Shown here: positions 33,651 through 46,241 of the stretch, piece by piece
How the letters are laid out: each line of letters starts with the position of its first letter
How positions within the stretch are numbered: position 1 is the stretch's first letter
Assembly (NCBI GenBank): GCA_963668695.2
Contig: CAXXLQ010000004.1
Location: forward strand, 2,464,001 to 2,528,000
Reading direction: 5' to 3'
Source: Vicinamibacteria bacterium
Lineage (GTDB): Bacteria; Acidobacteriota; Vicinamibacteria; Marinacidobacterales; Marinacidobacteraceae
Length of the DNA stretch: 64,000 nucleotides
Made by a program: the position numbers and the translations under genes
Notes under the pieces: model-generated
What the model saw: the letters and a program-made list of their open reading frames with translations, nothing else
Database searches by the model: none
Told to the model about the DNA's origin: nothing

Positions 33651-33974
33651 ATGTTAAACAGAGTACTCGTGGGCCTAGGCACGTTAGTCGGGCTCTTGAT
33701 GGGCTTCACCACAATGGTCCCGGACACAGTCGGGCCTCTGCTGTTGGTCATTATCGGCATCGTGTATTCCGTCATGAACACCGATGCCGAGGATGCGACG
33801 GGATCCCTGGTGCTCGCCATCGCCGTCGGCGGAATGGCGATGTCGGATGTGCTGCATCACATCCCGGCAGTCGGTATGCAGCTCAACACGGCGATGGGCG
33901 CCCTGAGCATGGCCCTGTGGGCCGGCGTGGCGACCGTGGCTGCGACCCGGATCTTCAACCGGATCAAGGGCTGA
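33651..33974 (+). CDS. Small multi-TM membrane protein
   Basis: RBS GGAGGG; 107 aa, almost entirely hydrophobic. Confidence 0.7.
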   Translation: MLNRVLVGLGTLVGLLMGFTTMVPDTVGPLLLVIIGIVYSVMNTDAEDATGSLVLAIAVGGMAMSDVLHHIPAVGMQLNTAMGALSMALWAGVATVAATRIFNRIKG

Positions 33975-33983
33975 GGAAGAGCG

Positions 33984-34012
33984 CGGCCGGCCGACACCGA
34001 CTGGCCGTTTCT
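33984..34012 (+). terminator. Possible intrinsic terminator
   Basis: Imperfect GC stem CGGCCGGCCG-ACAC-CGACTGGCCG followed by TTTCT. Confidence 0.3.
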
Positions 34013-34143
34013 CGTTCTTGATGCTGGCGGGATCGTGCTTGCACGGTCCCGTCGGCTAAACCGCCCGGCGCCAGTACGTCAGGTGGGGGCCAGCCCCCGC
34101 TTGGGAACTGCAGCCGGGTGTCGCTTGCGCTCTTGGGGCGGCA

Positions 34144-34187
34144 GGCGAAGCGATAGCCGCATTCCGGCGAAGCGATAGCCGCATTCC
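34144..34187. repeat. Exact 22-bp tandem duplication
   Basis: GGCGAAGCGATAGCCGCATTCC x2. Confidence 0.85.
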
Positions 34188-34310
34188 GGTAAGTCGCGAG
34201 CCGCGGCGGATGCTTCGGCTCTCCGGGTGGCGCTGCTCTTTGCGCCCGGGCGACAAGCTTGGGCGACAGGCCTGACCCGGACTGCGGGGCGGAACCGCCA
34301 TAATTCCGCC

Positions 34311-34652
34311 ATGAGCGAATTGGCCAGCCGAACCTGCGTTCCCTGCCGAGGCGGGGTGCCCCCGATGGATTCCGCCGGGGTGGAAAACTATCTGGGCCAG
34401 GTGGAGGGTTGGGGCCACGCCGAACACCGCAGAATCGCCCGCACCTTCGTGTTCCCGGACTTCGCCGGCGCGCTCGACTTCGCGAATCGGGTCGGCGGGA
34501 TCGCCGAGGCCGAAGGGCATCACCCCGATCTGCTGGTTGCCTGGGGCCGGGTGGAGGTCACCATCTGGACCCACAAGGTGAACGGCCTCACCGAGAGCGA
34601 CTTCATCCTGGCCGCCAAGATCGATCGTCTCTCCGGCGGAGCGGGACGCTGA
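34311..34652 (+). CDS. phhB: Pterin-4-alpha-carbinolamine dehydratase
   Basis: CVPCRGG, AEAEGHHPDL, WTHKVNGLTESDFILAAKID. Confidence 0.92.
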   Translation: MSELASRTCVPCRGGVPPMDSAGVENYLGQVEGWGHAEHRRIARTFVFPDFAGALDFANRVGGIAEAEGHHPDLLVAWGRVEVTIWTHKVNGLTESDFILAAKIDRLSGGAGR

Positions 34653-34717
34653 CGGCCGCCGCCGGGCCGAACTCGGGCCCTGGGCGGGAGTTTCTCGCCG
34701 GACAGCTTCCGGGTTGG

Positions 34718-36861
<2,144 letters not shown>

Positions 36862-36953
36862 GGGGGATTTCCCGATCCGAACCGGCTGCCGGAACCGGCT
36901 GCTGGAACCGGGCGGGCGAACGGGTGAAACCGGGACTGCTCTTGCCGACTTGA

Positions 36954-38168
36954 TCAGAGATCGAGGCCGCGAGCGATCGTCGCGAGTTGCATGTTCTCGG
37001 TGCCCTCGTAGATCGTCCCCGCCTTGGCGTCCCGCCAGAGCTTCTCCGCGAGGCAGTCCGTGGTGTACCCGGTGCCCCCGTGGATCTCGATAGCGAGCGA
37101 GGTTACCGATTCCGCCATCCGCTGGGCAGTCAGTTTGGCCATCGCGGCCGCGTAGCGGGTCTCGTTCCCCTGGTCCGCGAGCCTCGCCGCGTTCCAGGTG
37201 AGCAGCCGCGCCGTCTCCACCTGCGTGGCGGCCTCCGCCAGGGCGAAAGCCACCGCCTGGTTCTTGCCGATCGGGCGGCCGAACGCCTCGCGCTGCTTGG
37301 CGTAGGCGACGGCCAGTTCCAGGGCGGCCTGTCCGATCCCCACGAGCTGGGCGGCGATCCCGATGCGCCCCTCGTTCAGGAGCGACATGGCGAGACGCCG
37401 TCCTTCCCCGACCTCGCCGAGGACGTTGTCGCTGGAGACGAAGCAGTCCTTGAGGAAGAGCGGCGTCGTACTGGACGCCTTGAGACCGACCTTCGCCTCG
37501 GGCGGACCGACGTTCAGGCCGTCGCTCTCCCGATCCACCAGAAAGGCGGTGATCCCTCCGCCGGATTGCCCATCGGGTCCGCCGGCGACCCGGGCGAAAA
37601 TCAGAAAGAGTCCGGCTTCGCGGCCGCCCGAGACCCACGACTTCGATCCGCTCAGCGAAAACCCCCCCTCGACTTGCTCCGCGGTGGTCCGGAGCGCGAA
37701 GGCGTCGCTTCCGGCGTGGGACTCCGAAAGCGAGAAGGCGCCGAGGCAGTCGCTCGCCAATTTGGGCAAGAACCGGAGCCGCTGGCTCCGGCGGCCGAAC
37801 CGGTTGATCGCGGCGGCGATCAGGGTGTTGTGGACGTCCACCAGGAGGGCGACCGCGGCGTCGGCGCGGGCGAGCGCCTCCACGGTGAGAACCACGTCGA
37901 AGAGGCCCTGTCCGCTGCCCCCGAGCTGCTCGGGAATCACGACTCCGAAGAACCCGTAGCGGGCCAGCGTCTTCACCAGTTCCGGTGGGATCCGTCCTTC
38001 TTCTTCCATGCGGCGGGTCAGGGGAGCGACTGCTTCCCTGGCCACCTGATGGACAGCCCCGAAATGGAGCCGTTCGTTCTCCGAGAGAACGCTCAGCGGA
38101 TTCGTATCGGGGCTCGCCGGTATGGGTTCGGTTTGGGCGAGCGGAGACTGGAATACCTGGACGGACAT
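36954..38168 (-). CDS. Acyl-CoA dehydrogenase (short/branched chain-like)
   Basis: FSLSESHAGSD, LNEGRIGIAAQ, REAFG, IYEGTENMQ. Confidence 0.92.
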   Translation of the reverse strand: MSVQVFQSPLAQTEPIPASPDTNPLSVLSENERLHFGAVHQVAREAVAPLTRRMEEEGRIPPELVKTLARYGFFGVVIPEQLGGSGQGLFDVVLTVEALARADAAVALLVDVHNTLIAAAINRFGRRSQRLRFLPKLASDCLGAFSLSESHAGSDAFALRTTAEQVEGGFSLSGSKSWVSGGREAGLFLIFARVAGGPDGQSGGGITAFLVDRESDGLNVGPPEAKVGLKASSTTPLFLKDCFVSSDNVLGEVGEGRRLAMSLLNEGRIGIAAQLVGIGQAALELAVAYAKQREAFGRPIGKNQAVAFALAEAATQVETARLLTWNAARLADQGNETRYAAAMAKLTAQRMAESVTSLAIEIHGGTGYTTDCLAEKLWRDAKAGTIYEGTENMQLATIARGLDL

Positions 38169-38214
38169 GCAACCCGCAGACTAGTGAGATGTGGCGTTGC
38201 CCGCTACGCCCGGG

Positions 38215-40461
38215 TCAGTAGTCCGCGAGATCCCGGATGGCGGCGAGCAGGTCTTCCGGCTGCGGCAGAGTCGCGGTCTCGACATCCGGGTTGTAGGCCA
38301 CCCAGGTGTCCCGGGCCGCTACCCGCCGCACCGGGGCATCGAGATCCTCGAACAGCTCCTCCGCGATGCGGGCGGCGATTTCTGCGCCGTAGCCGAAGCT
38401 GCGGGTGTCTTCGTAAGCCACGACGACGCGGCTCGTTCGCTGGACACTCTCGCGAATCGCTTCCCAGTCGTAGGGCGCGAGGGAACGGAGGTCCAGAATC
38501 TCCACCGAGATCCCGTCGGCGGCCGCCTTTTTGGCGGCGAGTTCGGCCCGGTGGACGAGCGCGCCGAAGGTGACGAGGGTGAGGTCTTCGCCCGGACGAA
38601 CGGTGCGCGCCTTGCCGAAGGGAATCATGAAGTCGGGCCCCGGATCGACGCTCTTGTTGTAGGTCTGCCGGTAGAGGTGCTTGTGTTCGAGGAAGATGAC
38701 CGGATCGTCGCAGCGGATCGCGGTGCGGAGGAGTCCCGCGGCATCGAGCGCCGTCGAGGGCATCACCACTCGCAGTCCCGGAAGATGGGTGAAGAGCACC
38801 TCGGCCGATTGGCTGTGGTACAGCGCGCCGCCAGTCAGGTAGCCGCCGGTTGGAACCCGAAGTACCAGCGGGGCGCTGTACTGACCGTTCGCGCGCCAGC
38901 GCAGGCTGGCGAGTTCGCTCCGGATCTGCATGTAGCCGGGCCAGATGTAGTCGAGGAACTGGATTTCGGCGACCGGTCGCAGGCCGCGCACGGCCATCCC
39001 GATCCCCATTCCGACGATCGTGGCTTCGGCGAGGGGGGTGTTGAAGACCCGCTCCGACCCGAACTCGCGCTGGAGCCCGTAGCTCACCTTGAAGACGCCG
39101 CCCTTGCCCTTGACCTCACGGAGAATGTGCTCGCGGCTCGCGTCCGCCACGTCCTGACCGAAGACCATGACCCGCGGGTCGCGAGCCATTTCGGAGCGGA
39201 GCGTCCCGTTGATCAGGTCCACCATCGTCCCGGGCTTGGCGTCCGCCGCGAAATCCGGTTGGGTTTCGAAATCCGGGGAGCAGGGGTCCACGTCGGGGCT
39301 GTAGAGGTGATCGCAGGCGGTGTCCGGATGGGGCCAGGGCAGGGCGAGGGCATCGGTGGCCGAGGCGGCTACCTCCGCCTGGGTGCGCTTTTGCAAACCG
39401 TCGAGCTCTTCCCGGGTGGCGGCTCCGGAAGCGGTGAGCCGATCCCGGAGGCGGGCGAGCGGGTCGCGTCCCGATTCCGCGTGCAGCTCGGCGGCGGTCT
39501 TGTAGTCGCGATCTTCGTCGGAAAGTGAGTGGGGCATCATCCGGATGACCCGGGCCTGCACGAGCGCCGGCCCTTCTCCGGATCGGATGTAGTCGATCGC
39601 CTCCTGCAGGGTGCGGTAGGACTCTTCGTAGTCGCAGCCGTCGCACTCGAGCACCTTGAGATCGGGGAACGCGCGTGCGAGCGGGGCGATGGAGCCACCG
39701 GCGGTCTGATGCTCTACGGGGACCGAGATGGCGTACCCGTTGTCCTGGATCAGGAAGAGGACCGGCAACCGCCGTAGCGACGCGCTGTTCAGCGCCTCCC
39801 AGAATTCGCCTTCGCTCGTCGCGCCGTCTCCACCGCTCACCAGCACGATTCCGTCGCCGTTCGGGGCGCCCGGAAGTCCGGGGATACGGTGGCGGCTCAA
39901 GTACCTTTCGGCGTGGGCCACCCCGACCGCATGCAGGAACTGCGTCCCCACGCAGCTCGAATGGACGGCCAGGCCGAGCGAGCGCTTCGAGAAGTGCGAG
40001 GGCATCTGCCTCCCGCCCGAAGAAGGATCCGAAGCGGCGCCCCAGGAAGCGGCCAATTGCTCGAGGGGGGTCAGTCCCAGGCCGGTGGCCAGGGCGCGAT
40101 CCCGGTAGTAGGCGAAGACCCAATCGGTCTTCGGCCGGAGCAGAGCGGCGGCGGCGGCGGTGACCGCTTCGTGGCCGGCCGAACTGACCTGGAAGAAAGC
40201 CTTGTTCTGCCGCTTCAGGGCGATCTCCCGAAGATCCACCTCCCGGGAGGTGAGCATGACCCGATAGGCGGCTTTGAGCTGCTCGGGACCAAGCGCGGGA
40301 GTGTCTTCGAGTTCGCCCTCCAAAACCGAATCGTGGCCGTTCCCTCCTTCGCCGATGCGCTGTGTCACTTGTTCAAGCGACCGGGAATCGTCGGAGGGGG
40401 AAGTCTCGCCCACGGAGCGAGTGTCCCTGCCGTTCGAGCGGGAACTCTGGGCGTCGGACAA
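38215..40461 (-). CDS. Fused 2-oxoacid dehydrogenase E1 alpha/beta (branched-chain type)
   Basis: [16 protein letters not shown] ThDP motif; [21 protein letters not shown]. Confidence 0.9.
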   Translation of the reverse strand: MSDAQSSRSNGRDTRSVGETSPSDDSRSLEQVTQRIGEGGNGHDSVLEGELEDTPALGPEQLKAAYRVMLTSREVDLREIALKRQNKAFFQVSSAGHEAVTAAAAALLRPKTDWVFAYYRDRALATGLGLTPLEQLAASWGAASDPSSGGRQMPSHFSKRSLGLAVHSSCVGTQFLHAVGVAHAERYLSRHRIPGLPGAPNGDGIVLVSGGDGATSEGEFWEALNSASLRRLPVLFLIQDNGYAISVPVEHQTAGGSIAPLARAFPDLKVLECDGCDYEESYRTLQEAIDYIRSGEGPALVQARVIRMMPHSLSDEDRDYKTAAELHAESGRDPLARLRDRLTASGAATREELDGLQKRTQAEVAASATDALALPWPHPDTACDHLYSPDVDPCSPDFETQPDFAADAKPGTMVDLINGTLRSEMARDPRVMVFGQDVADASREHILREVKGKGGVFKVSYGLQREFGSERVFNTPLAEATIVGMGIGMAVRGLRPVAEIQFLDYIWPGYMQIRSELASLRWRANGQYSAPLVLRVPTGGYLTGGALYHSQSAEVLFTHLPGLRVVMPSTALDAAGLLRTAIRCDDPVIFLEHKHLYRQTYNKSVDPGPDFMIPFGKARTVRPGEDLTLVTFGALVHRAELAAKKAAADGISVEILDLRSLAPYDWEAIRESVQRTSRVVVAYEDTRSFGYGAEIAARIAEELFEDLDAPVRRVAARDTWVAYNPDVETATLPQPEDLLAAIRDLADY

Positions 40462-40508
40462 ATCAGGGTGACAAATCAGAGTGACAAATCAGAGTGACAA
40501 ATCAGAGT
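40457..40508. repeat. 13-bp tandem array x4 over the E1 start region
   Basis: GACAAATCAG(G/A)GT x4. Confidence 0.9.
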
Positions 40509-40693
40509 TTCAAGGGGCTCCGGCATTCAGGCCGAAGCGCCAGGCGGGCCCTCCCGAATGCCAGCTTGGAGGGGCAGGAATGGTAGCAAAGCCCCGGACG
40601 GTCTGGCGGCGGTGTCCGGCGGATTCGCCGAACGCCGAGTCGCTTGCCGGGGTTCATATCCGCCGCCAGGTTTCTCCGGCAGGGTCCGCCGGG

Positions 40694-41044
40694 TTAGCGC
40701 GCCAGGGCTTCGCCCGGCTTTTTCTGGTACTGGCGGTACTCGTAGGTCCGGTCGCGCTCGTCGGCGAGCCGCATTCCCTCGTCGTGGGGGAACATGTGGA
40801 TCGCGTCGTAGTCGGGCGGACAGAACTTCGCGCAAAGCTGGCAGCCGATGCAGGTTTCCATGTTCACTTCGCAGACCTGTCCCACCGAGCGGGGTTCGGG
40901 GTCCGGCACGAGGATGATGCAGTCCTTTACCGGGCATACGGCGATGCACATCTCGCATCCCCGGCCGAAGCATTTGCCGGCGTCCACATGGGCGAGGATC
41001 TTCGGCTGACGCTTTCTGGGCCCGGAGATCAGAACGTCCTGCAT
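40694..41044 (-). CDS. 2x[4Fe-4S] ferredoxin-like protein
   Basis: CFGRGCEMCIAVCP and CIGCQLCAKFCP. Confidence 0.85.
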   Translation of the reverse strand: MQDVLISGPRKRQPKILAHVDAGKCFGRGCEMCIAVCPVKDCIILVPDPEPRSVGQVCEVNMETCIGCQLCAKFCPPDYDAIHMFPHDEGMRLADERDRTYEYRQYQKKPGEALAR

Positions 41045-41099
41045 GAACCGAAAGCGTATCATTCGGGCAGTGCCGACCGTCGAAGATTCCGTCGCGCAG

Positions 41100-42413
41100 A
41101 TGGGTAGCGAAGAGCTGTCGCCTTCTAGCGCCAAGCTGCCGCCGCCGGGCATCCACTACCGTCGCGGTCTCGGGCTGCGCAAGCAGATCATCGAGCCGCT
41201 GACCGAGGACTACCGCGGCCATCTGGTCCGCTTCGCGCGCGACCACGACTACCGGATTCGGGCCGGGGAGATCCGGTTCCTGATCGCCCACGAGTTCGGC
41301 TTCTGCTACGGCGTGGACCGGGCGATCGAGTATGCCTACGAGGCGCGTCTCCGTTTCCCCGACCGGCAGATCTTCCTGACCGGGGAGATCATCCACAACC
41401 CCTACGTGAATCGCCGGCTCTCCGAATTCGGGATCCTGTTCCTGCAGGATGGGTCTCCGCCCGAGGCGAAGTTCGAAGATGTCGGCCCCGAGGCCGTGGT
41501 GCTGCTGCCTGCCTTCGGGGTGGCCACCAGCGAACTGGACGTGCTGCGTCGAAAGGGCGCCATTCTCGTGGACACCACCTGCGGCTCGGTCATGAACGTC
41601 TGGAAGAACGTGGGCCGTTACCAGCGCGATGGATTCACCTCGGTGGTCCACGGCAAGTACGCCCACGAGGAGACGAAGGCCACGATTTCCCGCGCCGGAA
41701 AGTACCTGGTCGTCCGCGACATGGCCGAGGCGCTGGAGGTCTGCCGCTACATCGAGGCCGGCCGGAAGCCGGCCGGCGAGACGGATGCCGGAGCCACGGG
41801 AACGAATGGAGGCGCGATGCTCCCCGACCGGGGAGCGTTCCTCGATCGCTTTGCTCCCGCCTGCTCGCCGGGGTTCGACCCGGATCTGGACCTGGGCCGA
41901 ATCGGCCTCGCGAATCAGACCACGGTGCTCGCGAGCGAGTCGCTCGAGATCGCCGCCGTGCTTCGCGACTCCATGGCGCGCCGCTACGGGGAGGCCGATG
42001 TCGCCGGCCGGTTCCGTTCCTTTGACACGATCTGCAGCGCCACCCAGGAGCGTCAGGACGCCGTCCTCGAACTGCTCCAGGAAGACCTCGCTCTCGTGCT
42101 GGTGGTCGGCGGTTTCAACTCCTCGAACACCGCCAATCTGGCTGCGATCTGCGAACGGAAGTTCCCGAGCTACCACATCTCGGGGCCCGAGTGCCTGCTG
42201 TCCGGCGACGAGATTCGTTGCCGGCCCGCGCCGGGCTCGGGGCAGGGGACGGAGCCGATAGTACGGCGGGGCTGGTTGCCGGAGGGAGCCCTCCGGATCG
42301 GAGTTACTTCGGGAGCCTCGACCCCGGACGTGATGGTCCACCGGACAATGCTCCGGGTGCTGGGTTTCCGCGGGATGACCGAAGCCGACTGCCGCCCTGA
42401 CGAATTGTTTTAG
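41100..42413 (+). CDS. ispH: 4-hydroxy-3-methylbut-2-enyl diphosphate reductase
   Basis: FGFCYGVDRA, EIIHN, DTTC, DTICSATQERQ, SSNT, SGASTP. Confidence 0.93.
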   Translation: MGSEELSPSSAKLPPPGIHYRRGLGLRKQIIEPLTEDYRGHLVRFARDHDYRIRAGEIRFLIAHEFGFCYGVDRAIEYAYEARLRFPDRQIFLTGEIIHNPYVNRRLSEFGILFLQDGSPPEAKFEDVGPEAVVLLPAFGVATSELDVLRRKGAILVDTTCGSVMNVWKNVGRYQRDGFTSVVHGKYAHEETKATISRAGKYLVVRDMAEALEVCRYIEAGRKPAGETDAGATGTNGGAMLPDRGAFLDRFAPACSPGFDPDLDLGRIGLANQTTVLASESLEIAAVLRDSMARRYGEADVAGRFRSFDTICSATQERQDAVLELLQEDLALVLVVGGFNSSNTANLAAICERKFPSYHISGPECLLSGDEIRCRPAPGSGQGTEPIVRRGWLPEGALRIGVTSGASTPDVMVHRTMLRVLGFRGMTEADCRPDELF

Positions 42414-42611
42414 TAGCCTGTGGATAGAGTGGCGTGAGCGCCGAGAGCGGTGAGGCGCCCGGCTGACAAGGCGCGCGAGGGAGGAATACCGGGTGTATTC
42501 GGACCGAGGCGCAACGATGAGCGACGCGAAGCGGCGCGGTTCAGCCGGGATGGATCGCCGCTCGAGCCCCCACCGGGAGAACTGGGCCGCGCCACTCTGT
42601 CCACCGGCTGC
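42413..42611. mobile_element. MITE with one 20-mer (42566..42585)
   Basis: TA|GTAGCCTGTGG...CCACCGGCTGC|TA; left end forms the ispH TAG. Confidence 0.82.
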
Positions 42612-42666
42612 TAGCGCGGCTTCGGCGAGCGAACGCCGCACCGGATCGTCGTCCGCCTGATACCGA

Positions 42667-44757
42667 ATGCCTTCCGGCTCTTCGCGTTACGCCGGACCGG
42701 CCGAGCGCGCGGCTCCCTACGCTCGTCCCGGCCTGCCGCCGGGGAAGTCCGATCGACCCTTCCGGGTGGTGAGCCCTTTCGAGCCGCGCGGAGACCAGCA
42801 AGAAGCCATTGAGCAGCTCGCCGCGGGATTGGAACGGGGCGATCCGAACCAGGTGCTGCTCGGGGTAACGGGCTCGGGCAAGACCTATTCCGTCGCTCGG
42901 GCCATCGAGGCGGTAAACCGCCCGGCGCTGGTCATCGCGCACAACAAAACGCTCGCCGCCCAGCTCTATCAGGAGTTCCGGAGCTTTTTCCCGAACAACG
43001 CCGTCGAGTACTTCGTGAGCTACTACGACTACTACCAGCCCGAGGCCTACGTCCCGGCGAGCGATACGTACATCGAGAAGGAGGCCACGATCAACGACGA
43101 GATCGATCGCCTCCGGCTGTCGGCCACCCGTTCACTCTTCGAGCGCCGGGACGTGCTCATCGTCGCGAGCGTCTCCTGCATCTACGGCCTCGGCTCTCCC
43201 GAGGCCTACTACGGGATGCTCGTCGTGTTCGAGGAGGGAGCCGAGTTCCCGTCCCGGCAGGCGCTTTTGCGCAAGCTCGTCGAGATGCAGTACGAGCGAA
43301 ACGACGCCTCCCTCGAGCGGGGCCGTTTTCGGGTGCGCGGAGACACCGTGGAGATCGTCCCCGGCTACGAAGACCTCGGCCTGCGGGTGCGGCTTTTCGG
43401 CGACGAGGTGGAGCGCCTGGCCCGCTTTGACCCCCTGACCGGTCGCGAGCTCGCGCGCGAGCGCCGGGTCACGCTCTTCCCGCGGAGGCACTACGTGGCC
43501 CGGGAGGAGGACCTCGCCCGGGCGCTGGTCACGATCCGGGAAGAACTCGACGAGCACCATCCGAAGCTTCTCCAGGAGGGGAAGCTGCTCGAAGCGCAGC
43601 GTCTGATGCAGCGCACGCTCTTCGATCTGGACATGCTCGCCGAGTCGGGCCATTGCCACGGCATCGAGAACTACTCGCGTCACTTCACGGGGCGCGCTCC
43701 CGGCGAGCCGCCTCCGACCCTCATGGACTACCTGCCGTCGGACACCATCGTCGTCGCGGACGAAAGCCACCAGACGTATCCGCAGATCCGCGGCATGTTC
43801 GCCGGTGACCAGGCCAGGAAACGCACCCTCGTGGAGCACGGTTTTCGGCTCCCCTCGGCGCTCGACAACCGGCCGCTTTCGTTTGAGGAGTGGGAGGAGC
43901 GGGTCGGACAGGCGATCTCGGTTTCGGCGACCCCGGGGCCGTATGAACTCGAGGCCGTGGGCGGGGTCGTGGTCGAGCAGGTCATCCGCCCCACCGGTTT
44001 GCTCGATCCCGAGGTCGAGGTGCGGCCCGCGGGAGATCAGGTGGACGACCTGCTCGGAGAGATCCGGGAGACGGTGGCCCGCGGTGAGCGCGTGCTCGTC
44101 ACCACCCTGACCAAGCGAATGGCGGAGGACCTGGCCGAGTATTACCACGAGCTCGGGGTGAACTGCCGCTACCTGCACTCGGACATCGACACCCTCGAAA
44201 GGGTGCAGCTCCTCCGCTCCCTCCGCCTCGGCGAGTTCGACGTGCTGATCGGGATCAACCTCTTGCGTGAGGGGCTCGATTTGCCCGAGGTCTCCCTGGT
44301 GGCCATCCTCGATGCCGACCGGGAGGGGTTTCTCCGCTCGGAGGGAGCGCTGATCCAGACCATGGGCCGGGCGGCCCGGCACGCCAGCGGTCGGGCGATC
44401 CTCTACGCCGACCATGAGACCGGCTCCATGAAACGGGCGCTCGGCGAGACCCGGCGCCGCCGCGTGCTCCAGCAGGAGTTCAACGAGGAGCACGGCATCG
44501 TGCCCCGCACGGTGGTCAAGGATGTGGCCGCGGCGTTCGCTCCCGCATCGGCAGGGAAGGCGGCCGTGGAGGAGGCTGACTGGGACCGGGCGATGGGGCT
44601 CTTCGAGGTGCCGCCCGAGGATCCGGAGGCGCTCGAGCGCGAGATCGCCCGGCTCCGCAAGGAAATGAAAAAGGCGGCGCGGGATCTGGAGTTCGAGCGG
44701 GCCGCCCGGCTCCGCGATCACCTGCGCGGAATCCAGCACACCGCGCTGTTGCGCTAG
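42667..44757 (+). CDS. uvrB: Excinuclease ABC subunit B
   Basis: [41 protein letters not shown] tail FERAARLRD. Confidence 0.97.
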   Translation: MPSGSSRYAGPAERAAPYARPGLPPGKSDRPFRVVSPFEPRGDQQEAIEQLAAGLERGDPNQVLLGVTGSGKTYSVARAIEAVNRPALVIAHNKTLAAQLYQEFRSFFPNNAVEYFVSYYDYYQPEAYVPASDTYIEKEATINDEIDRLRLSATRSLFERRDVLIVASVSCIYGLGSPEAYYGMLVVFEEGAEFPSRQALLRKLVEMQYERNDASLERGRFRVRGDTVEIVPGYEDLGLRVRLFGDEVERLARFDPLTGRELARERRVTLFPRRHYVAREEDLARALVTIREELDEHHPKLLQEGKLLEAQRLMQRTLFDLDMLAESGHCHGIENYSRHFTGRAPGEPPPTLMDYLPSDTIVVADESHQTYPQIRGMFAGDQARKRTLVEHGFRLPSALDNRPLSFEEWEERVGQAISVSATPGPYELEAVGGVVVEQVIRPTGLLDPEVEVRPAGDQVDDLLGEIRETVARGERVLVTTLTKRMAEDLAEYYHELGVNCRYLHSDIDTLERVQLLRSLRLGEFDVLIGINLLREGLDLPEVSLVAILDADREGFLRSEGALIQTMGRAARHASGRAILYADHETGSMKRALGETRRRRVLQQEFNEEHGIVPRTVVKDVAAAFAPASAGKAAVEEADWDRAMGLFEVPPEDPEALEREIARLRKEMKKAARDLEFERAARLRDHLRGIQHTALLR

Positions 44758-44879
44758 GGGGCACCACGTGTCGTTTATCCGCGACAAAGTTCGTGTCGTT
44801 TGACAGCGTTTCGCCGTCCCCGGATAGGCTCGGTTAATCGGCGAACATAGCGGTGGGAGTGCCGTGGGAGAATGACGGG

Positions 44880-46241
44880 ATGAGCAGCAGTCCGACCGAA
44901 TCCGTGTTGCAGGAGGAAACTCCGCCGGCCTGTCGTCCGCGGCTGAGCACCGAAGCCATCCGCGAGGCCCACCGCCGCTACGTTATGCCGGCGGTGCAGA
45001 CCTTCTACGACGAGCCCATGCCGATCGTCCGGGGCAAGGGGAAGCACGTCTGGGACTCGGACGGCAACCGCTATCTCGATTTCTTCGGCGGGATCCTCAC
45101 CGTCGGCCTCGGCCACTGCCATCCCGAGGTGAACCGGGCGATCCACGAGCAGGTGGACACCCTCCAGCACGTCACCACCATGTTCCCGAACCAGCCGATG
45201 GTGGAACTCGCCGAGCGCCTGGCCCGCCTGTCTCCCGGGGACTGCCGGAAGAGCTTCTTCACCAACTCCGGCACCGAGGCCAACGAGATGGCCCTGCTGC
45301 TCGCCGAAATGCATACCGGGCGGTCCGAAATAATCGCCCTCCGCCACGGCTACAGCGGCCGCAGCCGGTTGACCATGGGCGCCACCGGACAGGCGCCCTG
45401 GCGCCTCGGGGCCAGCACCGCCGCGGGTGTCCGCCATGTCGCGAACGCCTACTGCTACCGCTGTCCCTTCGGTCTCGAATACCCCTCCTGCGACCTCCGC
45501 TGCGCCCGCGACATCGAGGACGTGATCCAGACCACCACCTCGGGCCGGATCGCCGGGTTTATCGCCGAGCCAATTCAGGGAGTGGGCGGGTTCATCACCC
45601 CGCCGCCCGGATACTTCGAGATTGCCGTGGAGATCGTACGGCGCTACGGCGGGGTCTTCATCTGCGATGAGGTGCAGACGGGGTGGGGCCGCACGGGCGG
45701 AACCCTGAACGGAATCGAACACTGGGACGTGGAGCCGGACATCGTCACCTACGCCAAGGGGCTCGGGAACGGGGTGCCGGTGGGAGCCACGGTCGCCACC
45801 GACGAAGTCGCGGATGCAATACAAGGCAACACGCTCTCGACCTTTGGCGGCAATCCGGTGAGCATGGCCGCCGCCGGAGCGGTTCTGGAGGTGGTCGAAC
45901 GCGAAAACCTCGCAGAGAATGCGGAACGCGTGGGCGCCCATCTCCGGGCAGGACTCGAAGACCTCGCCGAGGCCCATCCGGCGATTGGCGACGTGCGCGG
46001 GAAGGGGCTCATGCAGGCGATCGAGTTCGTCGAGGATCGGGACACGAAGGCGCCTGACGCCCGTTTCACCGCCTGCCTGCTCGAAAAGGCGCGCGACGAG
46101 GGGCTTCTGATTGGAAAGGCCGGGCTCTACGGCAACTGCGTCCGCATCTCGCCGCCGCTCAACATCGGGGTCTCCGATGTGAACGACGCGCTGGTACTCC
46201 TCGAACGGGCGCTGACCGCCACCGAGGCCGCGCTCCGTTGA
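44880..46241 (+). CDS. Class III PLP aminotransferase (AGXT2-like)
   Basis: FTNSGTEANE, EPIQGVGG, DEVQTGWGRTG, AKGLGNG, TFGGNP. Confidence 0.9.
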   Translation: MSSSPTESVLQEETPPACRPRLSTEAIREAHRRYVMPAVQTFYDEPMPIVRGKGKHVWDSDGNRYLDFFGGILTVGLGHCHPEVNRAIHEQVDTLQHVTTMFPNQPMVELAERLARLSPGDCRKSFFTNSGTEANEMALLLAEMHTGRSEIIALRHGYSGRSRLTMGATGQAPWRLGASTAAGVRHVANAYCYRCPFGLEYPSCDLRCARDIEDVIQTTTSGRIAGFIAEPIQGVGGFITPPPGYFEIAVEIVRRYGGVFICDEVQTGWGRTGGTLNGIEHWDVEPDIVTYAKGLGNGVPVGATVATDEVADAIQGNTLSTFGGNPVSMAAAGAVLEVVERENLAENAERVGAHLRAGLEDLAEAHPAIGDVRGKGLMQAIEFVEDRDTKAPDARFTACLLEKARDEGLLIGKAGLYGNCVRISPPLNIGVSDVNDALVLLERALTATEAALR

